From an uncultured Phycisphaerales bacterium (GTDB taxonomy: Bacteria; Planctomycetota; Phycisphaerae; Tepidisphaerales; Tepidisphaeraceae), in contig CAWJPJ010000007.1 in the NCBI GenBank assembly GCA_963844715.1, forward strand, positions 544,001 through 608,000: DNA of 64,000 nucleotides, read 5' to 3'. The notes under the pieces are model-generated. The model saw nothing but the letters and a program-made list of their open reading frames with translations, made no database searches and was not told where the DNA came from. The position numbers were made by a program, and so were the translations under genes. This document shows, piece after piece, positions 22,694 to 34,060 of this stretch. Within the stretch, counting starts at the first letter, position 1, and every line of letters begins with the position of its first letter.

Positions 22694-23956
22694 TTACTTT
22701 ACCAGCCGATCAAAAAAGTCGCTCAGCCTGGCCTGGTATGCCCCCAGGTCGTACGCTAGGAGATTTTGCCTCGCCGATTCCCCCATTTGGCGCAGCAAAT
22801 CGCGATCGTCATCCAGGCGTCGGATGTGCTGCTCAAATGGGTCCGCCTCGTCGTACCGGCAGATAAAGCCGTCCAAGCCGTTGCGAATGCGCGATCCGCT
22901 GTTGGGAGTCGTCAGGACGGGCAACCCAGCCCCCATCGCCTCGAGGACGGCGACGGCCGACCCTTCGCACGTCGAAGGGAAGAAGAAAACGTCGAAACGG
23001 CGCATCCACTCCAATGCCTCGGAGCGCGGCACCGCGCCGGTCAGTTTTACCCGACCCGAAAACGCCTCCAGTTTTTCCGGCGAGAGCATGATTTTGCCCA
23101 CCATTACAAATTTTACTTTTTGCGGATCGAAACGTCTGGCGACTTCGAGAAACCAGGGCGCAGCCCTTGCGCAAGCCGACAGCGCCAACAAACCCAACCG
23201 TCAACGGACCGGCTTTTTTCTCGCGCGGCGGCCGGCCGCCCGAGGGGTCCTGCCAGGGATACGGTATCACCTCGATTTTCTCCGCGGAAATTCCCACCGA
23301 CACCAGCCCGTCCCGGACGTACTCGGAACTGCATGTGACACGGTCCAGCTCGGCCCACGTCTCCTGCTCGAAGCGCAGATATTCCGGATGAAGGTCGATC
23401 GCCTCCTGGTCGCTCCATCCCGGCCATCGCTCGATTTGCCGTTTCATTTCCGCGACTTCCACTTCCAGGGCGCGATCATTTGGTCGCCCGCGGTGCGCAT
23501 TTGCCGCTCGCGCGCGGCGCGGAATGTTTCTGGCGCGGCGTTTCGTATGAACCCGTAGAGCGCGTTGGCTTGGCCGAACCCATTCCGCAGCACCCATTTT
23601 GCCGTTTCGTGCGATGCCCAGATGTAGGAGTCCTCACTGGTCGGAAAATGGGGCATCCGCATGCGAAGCCGCAGCGCCATGATCGTGTTGGAGACCATCC
23701 GCGCCGGATCGAGCTGCGGGCAGCTTCGCTCGAGCATTTTTCTGCCCAGTGCTGGGCGCACGTGGCTTACCAGCCGCGCCAGCACTTCCTGCGCCGATCC
23801 GCGGCGAACAAACCAGTCGATGTAAGCGCGCTCCAGGATTCCGGCCTCCTGGAGCGCCAGGGGGACCAGATATCCAAGACGCGCGCCGTCCTGGATCATC
23901 GCCACTCGTGGCTGGGTAGGAAGGGCCGATCGGCCCGCGCGAGGTGTCATCTTCAC
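22694..23956 (-). CDS. Glycosyltransferase family 4; 2 frameshifts
   Basis: QDGARLGY, FVGAVGLRKG, FPSTCEGSAVAVLEAMGAGLPVLTTPNSG. Confidence 0.85.
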
Positions 23957-24009
23957 CGGGGTCTATCATATAATCCCCGCGCACCTGGACAAGTTCATCC
24001 GGAGAGTCA

Positions 24010-24936
24010 TTGGATTCGCCCCTATCGACCGTTTTAATCACGACCAAGAATCGGAAGGATGATCTGCGCGCCGCGGTGGCATCGGCGCTTGCTCAGGACG
24101 CGGCTCCCCGGATTCTGGTAATCGACGACGGCTCGACCGATGGTACCAGCCAAATGATCCGCGATGAATTTCCAACCGTCCATCTGGATCGTGTCGAGAC
24201 GTCGCTGGGACTGATCGTGCAGCGCAATCGCGGAGCGGCGATGTGCGATACGCCGTTCATCTTTTCCATCGATGATGACGCCATTTTCTCATCTCCGCGA
24301 ATCGTCTCGCAAACGCTGCAGGAACTAAAAGAGGCCGCGGTGGGCGCCGTTGCGATTCCCTTTATTGACGTCAAGCAGCACAACGAGATTCGGCAAATGG
24401 CCCCCGACGAACATGGCATACATGTCGCGGCTTCCTATATCGGCACCGCGCACGCCATACGCCGCGATATTTTCCTGCGTCTTGGCGGATATCGAGAGTT
24501 TTTGTTTCATCAAGGGGAGGAGGAGGACTATTGCATCAGGCTGCTTGCCGCCGGTTATGTTGTGCGCATGGGTCGGTCGGATCCGATCCACCATCTCGAA
24601 TCGAACAAGCGCGATATGCGGCGAATGGATTTATATGGGCGAAGAAATAACATCCTGTTAGTGTGGTGTAATACCCCGACACGATATCTTCCGTTTCGTC
24701 TCATTGCGACGACCTACAGCGGCGTCCGCATTGGGCTCCGACTGGGCCGCGTTCGGCACATGATGCACGGATTGGCCCTGGGTTACGCGCAAATCTTCCG
24801 CCAATGGCGGCAGCGGCGGCCGGTGAGTGCCGAAGTGTGGAAACTTCACCGGCGCATCACGCGCCAGGCGGGAATAGCCATTTCCGAAATCGCGGCGAGC
24901 ATTCCGCCGATCGTCCAAACTGAAGGTTCACCATGA
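24010..24936 (+). CDS. Glycosyltransferase family 2
   Basis: LITTKNR, VIDDGSTD, QRNRG, SIDDD, GEEEDY. Confidence 0.9.
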   Translation: MDSPLSTVLITTKNRKDDLRAAVASALAQDAAPRILVIDDGSTDGTSQMIRDEFPTVHLDRVETSLGLIVQRNRGAAMCDTPFIFSIDDDAIFSSPRIVSQTLQELKEAAVGAVAIPFIDVKQHNEIRQMAPDEHGIHVAASYIGTAHAIRRDIFLRLGGYREFLFHQGEEEDYCIRLLAAGYVVRMGRSDPIHHLESNKRDMRRMDLYGRRNNILLVWCNTPTRYLPFRLIATTYSGVRIGLRLGRVRHMMHGLALGYAQIFRQWRQRRPVSAEVWKLHRRITRQAGIAISEIAASIPPIVQTEGSP

Positions 24937-25910
24937 GATTTCACGGCTTGATGCTCCTGCGCGACGAAATCGACATTATCCAGCAAAATCTGGATCACCT
25001 GCTGACGTGGATCGACGCGTTGTATATTTTGGATATGGGGAGCGTCGACGGAACGTGGGACGTCGTGCAGGACTACGCTCGCCGCGACCCGCGCATCGTG
25101 CCGTTTTTCAGCCGCCCGATCGTCTACGACGATAATCAACGTTCCATGCTCTTCGATCAATATCGTCAGCGGTTCGACCCGGGCGACTGGGTGATGAAGA
25201 TTGACGCCGACGAGTTTTATCACCTGCCGCCCCCGCGGTTCGTGCGGGAGCGATTGCGTCCGCTGGATACGGCCGTGCATTTGCAGTGGTATTTTTTTCG
25301 GTTAACGAAGCAGGAGGCGGCGGATTACGAGTCGGGCCGGGTGGACATCACCGTCGATCGCGAGCGGCCGATCGAGGATCGCCGGCGTTATTACAAGATC
25401 GCCAGCTACGCCGAGCCGCGCATGTTCCGTTATCGTCGCGGAATGAAGTGGGCGAAGAATGGCAGCATGCCGTTCAATGCCGGGTTTGTCGCCCGGCATC
25501 GAATTCCGATTCGGCATTATCCTCATCGCGATCCTAAGCAGATGGAGCTTCGCTACAAGCTTCGCGCCGCCATGATGAAACTAAAAGCCCATGCCGGGGG
25601 CCACTGGAAACTCGACGATTGGCATAAAGATCTGGTCGATTCCGCCGGGGTGGCCGAAGCTTCAAAGGAAAATGTGGGCCTGTCGGACAACAGCAGCATC
25701 GACACAGGCCCCCTATATTACTGGGCGCCGGGGACTCCGTTTCACGAAGTGCCTTTGCACAATCACATCCCCCCTCTGAGCATGCGAATCCAGCAGCGGA
25801 TCGTGCATCCGCTGTTGCTTCCCATCCTCGATCGCCTGCGGCCGGATTACGATCGATCGTACAAACCCGTGGACATTCCGCCCGACGTGGCGGCACACAT
25901 TTACGATTGA
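24933..25910 (+). CDS. GT2-like glycosyltransferase (Glyco_tranf_2_4 type)
   Basis: MLLRDEIDII, ILDMGSVDGT, WVMKIDADEF, IRHYPHR. Confidence 0.8.
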   Translation: MRFHGLMLLRDEIDIIQQNLDHLLTWIDALYILDMGSVDGTWDVVQDYARRDPRIVPFFSRPIVYDDNQRSMLFDQYRQRFDPGDWVMKIDADEFYHLPPPRFVRERLRPLDTAVHLQWYFFRLTKQEAADYESGRVDITVDRERPIEDRRRYYKIASYAEPRMFRYRRGMKWAKNGSMPFNAGFVARHRIPIRHYPHRDPKQMELRYKLRAAMMKLKAHAGGHWKLDDWHKDLVDSAGVAEASKENVGLSDNSSIDTGPLYYWAPGTPFHEVPLHNHIPPLSMRIQQRIVHPLLLPILDRLRPDYDRSYKPVDIPPDVAAHIYD

Positions 25911-27058
25911 GCGACGGGCTGGCTCGCGGCCTTGTGGAACATTTCGAAGTACGCCGGCGCAAGCGATTCCCAGGCGAAACGCTCCCGCACGCTGCGCCGT
26001 CGACGCGACATCGCTTCGGATGCCAGGGGATGCGTCAGAATCTCCTCCAAGGTTTTTTTTAGACTGCCCGGTTGAGATAAATCGGCAAAAGAGCCCTCAT
26101 TAGCCAGCACCCAGCGCATGACCGGATGGTCGTGAATCGCGCAGGGCAGGCCGTACATCAAAGCTTCCAGAAAAACCCGCCCGAATCCCTCTTGAAGGGA
26201 GCAGAGCGTGAATACGTCGGCCGCCAAATAGTAGCGCGCTACCTGCTCGTACGGAACCGATCGCGCCGCGAAATTCTCTTGTCCCAGTTTTTCGCGGGCC
26301 AGACGGAGAATCGGCGGAGTCTTCTCGTCCATCGCACCAAGCATGACAAGAAAAGGGCGCGGCGAAGCCATCGAGGCGACTTCCTCGATCAGATAATCCA
26401 TTCGCTTGTGATAGGCCGATATCCAACCCACGCTGAGCACGATTTGGCGATCGACAGGCAGCTCGAGTTCGCGGCGGACCTGCTCTTGTTGTTTCGGATC
26501 AAACTGAACATCTCCCGCCGGAACACGAATCCCGTAAGGCGCCAGCAACTGCCTCTGCGGACTTTCGCCGGCATCGAGCGCCTGCTGAAGGAAGAATGGC
26601 GTTACCTGCTGAACGTGGTCGCAATACATAAAGGGCGCTTTCATGGGTGCGCCGTTGGAATAGATCAGCCGAAACGGCACGCCGATCGCGCCGCGTAACC
26701 GATACAGCCACCGGGCCATGTCCCCGTCGCTGTACAAAATGGCGTCGGGGCGTTCACGGCGGATTCGCCGGATGATGCCGGGCAGGGAGCTAAGCTGCTC
26801 GACGGCATACGAACTGCGACGAATCATGGCGCCCAGCGTCCGCGCGGCCGAACCCGTTCGCGGCAGGCACCAGACGCGGTGCTCATCCTCGCGGCATTCG
26901 CCGCGGCCCTTAACCAATTCCAATTTGATTCCGGCGGCACCCGCCAAAGGATGCAACCCGTCAAAACATTCGCGAAAGAAACTTTCGATCCCCCGGTTCA
27001 TGATCCCAACGCCACTGCACACCAGCCACACTTTTAGGGGAGATGCATCACTTGCCAT
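25901..27058 (-). CDS. Glycosyltransferase family 4
   Basis: RGIESF, VGWISAYHKR, SLQEGFGRVFLEALMYG. Confidence 0.88.
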   Translation of the reverse strand: MASDASPLKVWLVCSGVGIMNRGIESFFRECFDGLHPLAGAAGIKLELVKGRGECREDEHRVWCLPRTGSAARTLGAMIRRSSYAVEQLSSLPGIIRRIRRERPDAILYSDGDMARWLYRLRGAIGVPFRLIYSNGAPMKAPFMYCDHVQQVTPFFLQQALDAGESPQRQLLAPYGIRVPAGDVQFDPKQQEQVRRELELPVDRQIVLSVGWISAYHKRMDYLIEEVASMASPRPFLVMLGAMDEKTPPILRLAREKLGQENFAARSVPYEQVARYYLAADVFTLCSLQEGFGRVFLEALMYGLPCAIHDHPVMRWVLANEGSFADLSQPGSLKKTLEEILTHPLASEAMSRRRRSVRERFAWESLAPAYFEMFHKAASQPVAQS

Positions 27059-27214
27059 TCCCGGAAAATTTAACCGCCGGGAGGCCGCTTAGGAACTATT
27101 GGGGGATGGAATGCCAGTAGTGGATTCTTCGGGCGGAAAGCATGTGGAAAACGCGGAAAGCTGTGTGAGTCAGCAGGGCCGGGAACTCCGCGCCTGGAGG
27201 GCGAAGAGAATTCG

Positions 27215-28099
27215 CTACCATGACTCGCTGGTGATGACAATTCCGCGCTTGAATCCGAGGCGGCGCAAGGCGTGTTGTATCCGAATGCGAACGCGCCATC
27301 GAAAACGAGCCCGCGGCCGTTTCGAATAGAGCCAGCCCAAAGAGACGTTTTGAGGCAAGTCCGCGGCTTCGGCGAGAAAGCTGGGCAAATCACCCTCGAA
27401 TTTATAGCGCAGCGCCCAGGTGTGGTAGTGATAGACGACGTCCCACGCCAGTTTCAGCCGTGTCTTGCGATCAAGTACGTATCCGAAGGCGAGCTGTTCG
27501 CAGGTGCGAAGGCCGGAAATTCGCTGCATCTGATCGTATAGATGCAGAGTTTCGTCAACCAGCGGCAGGTCGGAAGGATGAAGCCCCACAACGCCGGAGT
27601 TGTAGGAGTCAAATTGATCCGGAATGGGAAGAATATTTCCGGCCTGGTCCGTCACATGCTGTTCGCGCAGTTTGGCGGAGAAATTCCGGCACGCTTCGTC
27701 GGAACTGTCGCAAAGTTGGCATTCCCACGTGTGCATCAACGCCGTTCCTGGTGTCAGCCGCTGGAGAAGTTTGTGCGGGTGATCGATGAAATACGTATCG
27801 GCGTCCAGCATAATCACCGGCGCGGAAAATCTTCGCAGCGCATCTGCGAACGTCCGGATTTTGATTCGATAGACGTCGCCGCCGGCGCTCCAATCCTGGA
27901 ACTGCTGCGGCGAAATGAAAATGGTCTGCACCGGAAGTCGCTCGAACCGGTCCGGCTGATCCGTGTAGATGGCGAAGGCGGGAAGTTTGTCGCGCCCGGC
28001 GAAATACTGCGCGGACCAGATCGCAAATGCGATTTCGGGCAGATGCATCCCCTCTCCCCAGGAAAGGAAGATAAACCGCCCTTTTTCCTCCGCGCCCAT
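27215..28099 (-). CDS. GT-A-fold (GT8-like) putative glycosyltransferase
   Basis: IYTD, MLDADTY (DxD), YNSGVVG, EQLAF, VYHYH. Confidence 0.6.
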   Translation of the reverse strand: MGAEEKGRFIFLSWGEGMHLPEIAFAIWSAQYFAGRDKLPAFAIYTDQPDRFERLPVQTIFISPQQFQDWSAGGDVYRIKIRTFADALRRFSAPVIMLDADTYFIDHPHKLLQRLTPGTALMHTWECQLCDSSDEACRNFSAKLREQHVTDQAGNILPIPDQFDSYNSGVVGLHPSDLPLVDETLHLYDQMQRISGLRTCEQLAFGYVLDRKTRLKLAWDVVYHYHTWALRYKFEGDLPSFLAEAADLPQNVSLGWLYSKRPRARFRWRVRIRIQHALRRLGFKRGIVITSESW

Positions 28100-28230
28100 T
28101 GCCACATTTTGGCCGACATTTGGGAAATTTGCACGCTTTTTTTCAGGTCCTTTACACGGTCCGGCCAAGTCGAAGGCTGTGTCGCAATTAAGCGCGATAG
28201 GACGCCTTCAAGACGGGCGGCGCGGACCCG

Positions 28231-29049
28231 CTAGGGGCCTTGGCGCTCGGTTCCAATCACGGTGAGGTATTGAGCCAGCGAATCCTGCGTTTTGCTTCCC
28301 CCGCGGCGCAGCCAAACTCGAAGGGTATGAACGGATGAAAACGGGCGCATCAGGACGATTTTTCGCGTCTCCTTCCAGCGGAGTTCCGGCGACTGAAGGT
28401 AAAGCGCCACGCGTTTCAGGTTGTGTTCGTGCCATAGGCCCAGGTGATCGGGGTCGTAAAAATGCATGCCGGACTTAAATCGCATCGCCGTATACAGCGG
28501 CACCTTTTGGCGGTGTACTTCCGTAAAGAAGAGATTTTCCAGCGGGACGACGATCGGCTCCTTGGCGAAATCCTCCCAGCAGCAGAAAACCTGCTTTGGC
28601 ACCCGGTCGGGCCGGAAGGCAAAGAAGGTGGTTCCGTAACTCGGATGATTGGCCCCAAAAGTCGGGGTAACGACCATCGCGGCGTTTTGTGCCGTTGCCT
28701 CGTCGATAGTCTTGAGCATGCGATCCGCGTCCGTAACGAAAAGGTCGGGATGGAGATGGATGATCCAGTCCCAGCCGCCGGCGACAAGCGTGTCCCAGGC
28801 ATCGCAAATCGACTCAAACTGCCCGTAGGCGTATCCGCCTGCATTGCAGGGGCGGTGCAGGAGTGTGAGCGATTTGCAGGGGATCTTATCCCACTTCGCC
28901 TGAATCTCGGCGGTGGAGATCTTTGCGTTGTTGCAGTGATAGACGATGTCGATCTCGGAGCGCAGGCGCGGGCTGCGGCGGAAAAATTCCGGAGTCAAAT
29001 CCAGTTCGCGCAACTGCCGATACGCGGTGTAAAGGATCGCGATCTTCAT
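28231..29049 (-). CDS. Hypothetical protein, possibly a GT-A-fold glycosyltransferase
   Basis: Intact, translationally coupled ORF in the GT operon; WDWIIHLHPD resembles the DxD-strand region. Confidence 0.5.
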   Translation of the reverse strand: MKIAILYTAYRQLRELDLTPEFFRRSPRLRSEIDIVYHCNNAKISTAEIQAKWDKIPCKSLTLLHRPCNAGGYAYGQFESICDAWDTLVAGGWDWIIHLHPDLFVTDADRMLKTIDEATAQNAAMVVTPTFGANHPSYGTTFFAFRPDRVPKQVFCCWEDFAKEPIVVPLENLFFTEVHRQKVPLYTAMRFKSGMHFYDPDHLGLWHEHNLKRVALYLQSPELRWKETRKIVLMRPFSSVHTLRVWLRRGGSKTQDSLAQYLTVIGTERQGP

Positions 29050-29972
29050 TCAATCGCCGCCTTGGGGACGGGGCGTTCTTGCCCTCGCAGCCACAGTGCG
29101 TCCCGCCAGAACCAGTGCCGCACGTCCCCCACGTAATGCCGCGCCATCCAGCTCGGCCGCTCGCTCGGATGCCGGATTGGCCAGCTCTTGTCATCCACCT
29201 TAAGGATGATTTGATCCAGCGGCCAATGCCGGCCGCCTAGTTTTCGGGCGGCGTAGGCCATGATCGTCTGCTCGCTGAAATAACTCGGCTCGCGCGCGAC
29301 AATGCTCATCAGCCGATCCAATCCGCATTCCGTGTAAACCGGGCCGGATGCGTACACCAACCCCGTGTTCAGAGCCGGTATCTTGTCCAAGTCGTTGATC
29401 GACAGCATCTTTAGCAGGTGATCGTCATAATGAGGAGACAGATCCACCGCAAGTTGAACGGCCGCCGAGACCGACGCATCCGGCACGGCCGGTGGACCGC
29501 CAAACCAGAGCAGATCGCTGTCGCAATATAGTACTCGTTCGCTTTCCCCGGCGGCAAGAATCGCCGACAGTTTCTTCCCGAGCATATTGTTCCCGGCGAA
29601 CGTCCGAACATCGACGCGCCCGCGCTGGGCGTGATATTCCGCGCCGGCTTCCCAGGATTCCGCCTTTTTTTCCCCGGGCCACCAGTCGATCGATTCGAGC
29701 AGCGCCGATGGCGTCACGCTTCCATCCGAGACGAGCTTGACCCTCGGCAGTTCCGGCCACGCGTGATAAATCGACCACAGGCATTCCCGAACCATTTCCT
29801 TTTGCTGTGCGCCGGCGTAAAGCAAAAGCGTCATATTCCAAATGGGTTTGGGCGAAAGGGAGGCATATCCCCTGCGCAAGACGCGCCCTTTGAACCAGTC
29901 GCGCAAACTCTCCCGATACTTCGTGGAAATGCGGCAGGAAATCGATCGGTACGCGCGGGTAATCATTTCCAA
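29046..29972 (-). CDS. GT-A-fold (GT8-like) putative glycosyltransferase
   Basis: VSDGS, KKL, LYCDSDLLWF, LNTGL, FSEQT, ARHYVG. Confidence 0.62.
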   Translation of the reverse strand: MEMITRAYRSISCRISTKYRESLRDWFKGRVLRRGYASLSPKPIWNMTLLLYAGAQQKEMVRECLWSIYHAWPELPRVKLVSDGSVTPSALLESIDWWPGEKKAESWEAGAEYHAQRGRVDVRTFAGNNMLGKKLSAILAAGESERVLYCDSDLLWFGGPPAVPDASVSAAVQLAVDLSPHYDDHLLKMLSINDLDKIPALNTGLVYASGPVYTECGLDRLMSIVAREPSYFSEQTIMAYAARKLGGRHWPLDQIILKVDDKSWPIRHPSERPSWMARHYVGDVRHWFWRDALWLRGQERPVPKAAIE

Positions 29973-30946
29973 AACATCAGCGGCTTAATCCACCGATGAA
30001 ACCTTCCGTATTTGCGGCGATAAGTGATCGTGATCCGCCAGGGCAACTCCTCCAGGCGCAGCATGAGTCTGACCAGGGGTCGGGACATTTTGTGCATCCG
30101 TTTCCACGCCACGCCGCGGAAATATGTGAACGGAGCGTGAACCCCGTGCGAATCGGTCAGTGGCTTGGGATCGGTGAAATGCAGGACGATGGGTTGCACC
30201 GGTTTTGCCGGCGGAGCGCCGTTCTCGAATTGGAGCCGTTTCCGCAAAACATCCTGATTCGTGTAATCGCAAACCAGTTCCATCGGTCTTTGCGCGAGCT
30301 TCAATTTTCCTTGTTCGACGGCCCGAAAAATCATGAAATTGAGGATGCCCATTTCGCCGATCGGAAACAGTCCCGGATTGTCCTGGCGGAGCTTGACCAC
30401 TTCCTTGTAGTAATCCAGATCGAACGCCCCGCGCCCGGGCGAAGAAAGTGCCGCTGCAAAATAGGGCGCCGGCATATTTGCGCCACGGGAAATCCGGGAC
30501 AACCCGTCCCATCTTTTCGATGTTGAAATATTCCTGATTCACCCATTTATCGCCGGCCACGTCTGGAACCCACGGACGAGACCGCGCGTCTCCCTCGTCG
30601 ACGACCATATCCCAGTCCCGGTCGCTGCCGTAGGCCGCGATCACGTCGCCCCAAATAATCGTGTCACAATCCAGATAGAGATATCTCTCATAGGGGCTTT
30701 CCCAAAAGAGAGTCATCTTGGGCAACCCCCAGCCACGATTGGTTTGCGCAGCCAGGGGTCTTTAACGTCTTTGCGATACAGGAGACTTAGATTATAGGCT
30801 TCGGCCACTGCGCGGGCGTCCAGTTCACCGTCGATGAACAAGGTGATCGGCACATCGCCAAGGTATTGGCGCACGCTGGCGACGCATCCCTTGGCGAGGA
30901 AGTAATCAAACTTGCAGCAACAGATCACAACGCCGAATTCGCTCAT
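29963..30946 (-). CDS. GT8-like glycosyltransferase; 2 frameshifts
   Basis: LYLDCDTIIWGD, FCSGTF, GEMGILN, VLHFT. Confidence 0.65.
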
Positions 30947-30981
30947 GCCTCGACCATCCAAGGATTGCGGGTACGCATGTA

Positions 30982-31885
30982 TTACATCGGGCGGCAAATG
31001 ATGTTTTCGGCAAAAGCATCCGGCGGATTAAGAGGCAGGAGGCTCAGCTCGCGTCCGTCCATGTGCCAGATTTGATAATTGAGGCCTCGCAGAGCGTCCC
31101 ATAGTTGAGAGAGCGAAATCCCGTGCCGCGCCAGCATCGATTGATGCGCTTCCATGCAGATCACAGGCCGAACGGCTTTCAAGGTGCGCGCTGCTCCTTG
31201 GATCACATGATACTCAAAACCCTCCACGTCGATTTTCACGATGTCCGGGGCGATTCCTTGCTCTTCGTAAATGCGATCGATTGTGAGCAAGGGGACTTTC
31301 ATGGCTTTGTCGCCGCTTTCCTTTGCTGGGACATCCGCATTGGGATCGGCGACGAGATGCTGCCACTCGTAACTCATGGCCAGTTCGCCGCAGCGATCTC
31401 CAATCGCGGCGCAGAAAGGGCGGATTTGAAGATTTGGATTGGCCTTCACGTTCGCCTGTAACTTTTCAAATCCAAGCGGCGACGGCTCGAAGGCGAGCGA
31501 CTGCCGCGAGGGGTCGGCGGCGCAAAAGCTAAGCGAATATACTCCATGGAACGCCCCCACGTCCCACAGGCATTTTTTATTATTCGCCTCGGCCAGGAAA
31601 TGGTCGAGTTCGTAGACACAGCGGGGCGTGCCCCAGGCAAACGAAATAAGCGTGGGATCATCTCGTTCAGGGGTTTTGATCTCGACCCCCTTTCGCATCA
31701 CGAGCGTTGCGGGCGGAGCATTGCGGTTGAGTTCGTCGAACTGCGCGCATCCGCGTAATCTCGGTGTGCAGCCGCCTCGCTTGGGGTCGCTGCAAGCGCC
31801 AAAACCAGTGGTGCACCCTGTTGATTGCCGCCACCATCGGCGCGGGCAACGTCTGTTTCAGCCATTCTTTCTTGGACACTGCCAT
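30982..31885 (-). CDS. FkbM-family methyltransferase; frameshifted near the N-terminus
   Basis: WDVGAFHGVYS, AFEP, KIDVEGFE. Confidence 0.88.
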
Positions 31886-31913
31886 GCGTTTCCCGTGATT
31901 GCGAAGAAATGGA

Positions 31914-33193
31914 CTATTTTCCGTTTATCGATCCCGACCAAGGGAGGATCGGCGCTAGAACGCCGCGGCGTCCCATCCATTGCGGCGAGTCCGTCATCCC
32001 GCCTCGAATCTGAAACGTGATGCTTGGAGAAGTCACCCCCGGTTCCATCAGCCACTGTCGATAATAAAGCCCCGCCGCAAGTTCGACCCGATACGTTCCC
32101 TCATTGAGCAGCCGCGGCGGAATTCGCGTCCGCAGGACGCATTTACCCGTGTCGAGCTTCGGCCAGGACGCTTCCGCCGCGTCGCAGGCGTAGGACCAGT
32201 AAATATGCTGGCCATCCTCGTTGATGATCGCGTATCCGATTGCCAGGCCGGGGTCTAGAGTCGCGATGGTCCCCTCGGCCTGGAGCCATAATTCCGTGTC
32301 GTTTCGCTGCGGCGAGTCGACGACCCTTCCCCTGGCGTCGGCTATAAAAAATCGCGTTGGAGTGAAAAGGTCGCTGACGAGCTGGTCGCCCGGATTTTCC
32401 CACAGCGAGGGCCGCTCGGTCTCCTTTTCTCCGACCAGATACCGGGTGACGATCTCGTGCACATTCTTGCCGATTTGTTTGACCTTTCCACGTTCCAGCC
32501 AGACGATCGTATTGCACAACTGTTCAACCGCCCGCATGTTGTGGCTGACGAAGAGGACCGTGCGCCCTGGTGGGCCACGTCGCTCATTTTGCCGAGGCAT
32601 TTTTTTTGAAATTCCGCGTCGCCGACGGCGAGAACCTCGTCGATTATGAGGATTTCCGGCTCGAGATGCGCCGCCACGGCAAAAGCGAGCCGGGTATACA
32701 TGCCGCTGGAATAATATTTCACCGGCGTATCGAGAAACTTTTCGATTTCGCTGAAGGCGACGATTTCGTCGAATTTCGCGTTGATCTCGCCGCGCTTCAT
32801 TCCGAGTATCGCGCCGTTCAGATAAATGTTTTCCCGTCCGGTCAACTCCGGATGAAATCCCGTCCCCACTTCCAGAAGGCTGCCGACGCGGCCATAGATT
32901 TCGACGCGGCCCCTGGTCGGTTCTGTGATGCGCGAAAGAATCTTCAGGAGCGTTGATTTCCCCGCGCCGTTGCGGCCGATGATGCCGATGACTTCCCCTG
33001 TGGCAACCTCGATGCGCACGTCCTGCAACGCCCAAAACATGGACGATTCGTCCTGGCTGACCGCGTCCCTGATCCGGCGAAACGGAGTCGTCACGATCTG
33101 AAGCATCGCTTCGCGAAACGTCTTATACGGCTCTTTCTTGCCGATGCGGTACTGCTTCCACAAACCGTCTACTAGGATGGCCACTTCACTCAT
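31914..33193 (-). CDS. wzt: Polysaccharide ABC transporter ATP-binding subunit with a Wzt C-terminal domain; frameshifted
   Basis: FWALQD, GRNGAGKST, LLEVGTGFHPELTGREN, YSSGM, IIDEVLAVGD, VSH. C-terminal beta domain contains LNEGTYRV. Confidence 0.9.
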
Positions 33194-33246
33194 GGGCTGT
33201 CGTGCAGGCGAGTCTATAGGGTGCGTCCGGCCCTATCAAGGCGGGC

Positions 33247-34047
33247 TCAGGAGACGCGGAATTTCTCCAGATATCGCCCATGCTTTCCTTCATTGCGGCG
33301 ACGCAGGAACCCCACCAGCACCTTGATGTGCGGATTAATTCCGTTGAGGGTGTCATATTCGCCCATCGCCTGCGCCAACGGCCGGCGGCGGTAGAATAAA
33401 TGCCGGCATGCGTCCTCCAGCGCATCGATGTCGCATTGCTGGAATCCGGCGCGCTGGAGCCCGATCGAATTCAATCCACGGATCTTGTCCGCGCCGTCCA
33501 CCTTCACAAACGGGGGCACATCGTGATGAATTCGCGCCGCGCCGCCGATGTAGGCATAGTCGCCGATCGTTACGAAATGATGAACCCCCACGCCGCCCAT
33601 CATGTGCACGTGACTTCCGCACACCACATGTCCGGCGATCATGACGTTGTTTGCCAGCACGCAGTCGTTTCCCAGTTGCACGTCGTGCGCCAGATGGGCG
33701 TTGGCCATGATCAGATTGCCGTTGCCTACCCTCGTGCACGCGGACCCGGCGGCGGTTCCGATGTGAACGGTGACGCCTTCGCGAAATTCGTTGCCCTCGC
33801 CGATTTCCAATCGGGTCGGCTCGCCGGCGTATTTCTTGTCCTGCGGGTTCCCGCCGATCACGGCATTGGGATGAAAAACATTGCGCGGCCCGACGGTCGT
33901 GTGTCCGGAAATCGCCACATGGCTGAACAGTTTGCATCCCGGGCCGAGCACAACGTCAGGCCCGATCCGGCAAAACGGTCCGACCTCCACGTCGTCCGCC
34001 AGCCGCGCTTTGGGATCGATCAACGATAGGGATGAAATATTTGCCAT
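33247..34047 (-). CDS. lpxA: Acyl-ACP--UDP-GlcNAc O-acyltransferase
   Basis: Hexapeptide repeats, GGNPQDKKY, REGVTVHIGT, AHLAHD, HDVPPF, GLNSIGLQRAG. Confidence 0.95.
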   Translation of the reverse strand: MANISSLSLIDPKARLADDVEVGPFCRIGPDVVLGPGCKLFSHVAISGHTTVGPRNVFHPNAVIGGNPQDKKYAGEPTRLEIGEGNEFREGVTVHIGTAAGSACTRVGNGNLIMANAHLAHDVQLGNDCVLANNVMIAGHVVCGSHVHMMGGVGVHHFVTIGDYAYIGGAARIHHDVPPFVKVDGADKIRGLNSIGLQRAGFQQCDIDALEDACRHLFYRRRPLAQAMGEYDTLNGINPHIKVLVGFLRRRNEGKHGRYLEKFRVS

Positions 34048-34060
34048 TGCACTCGAACAG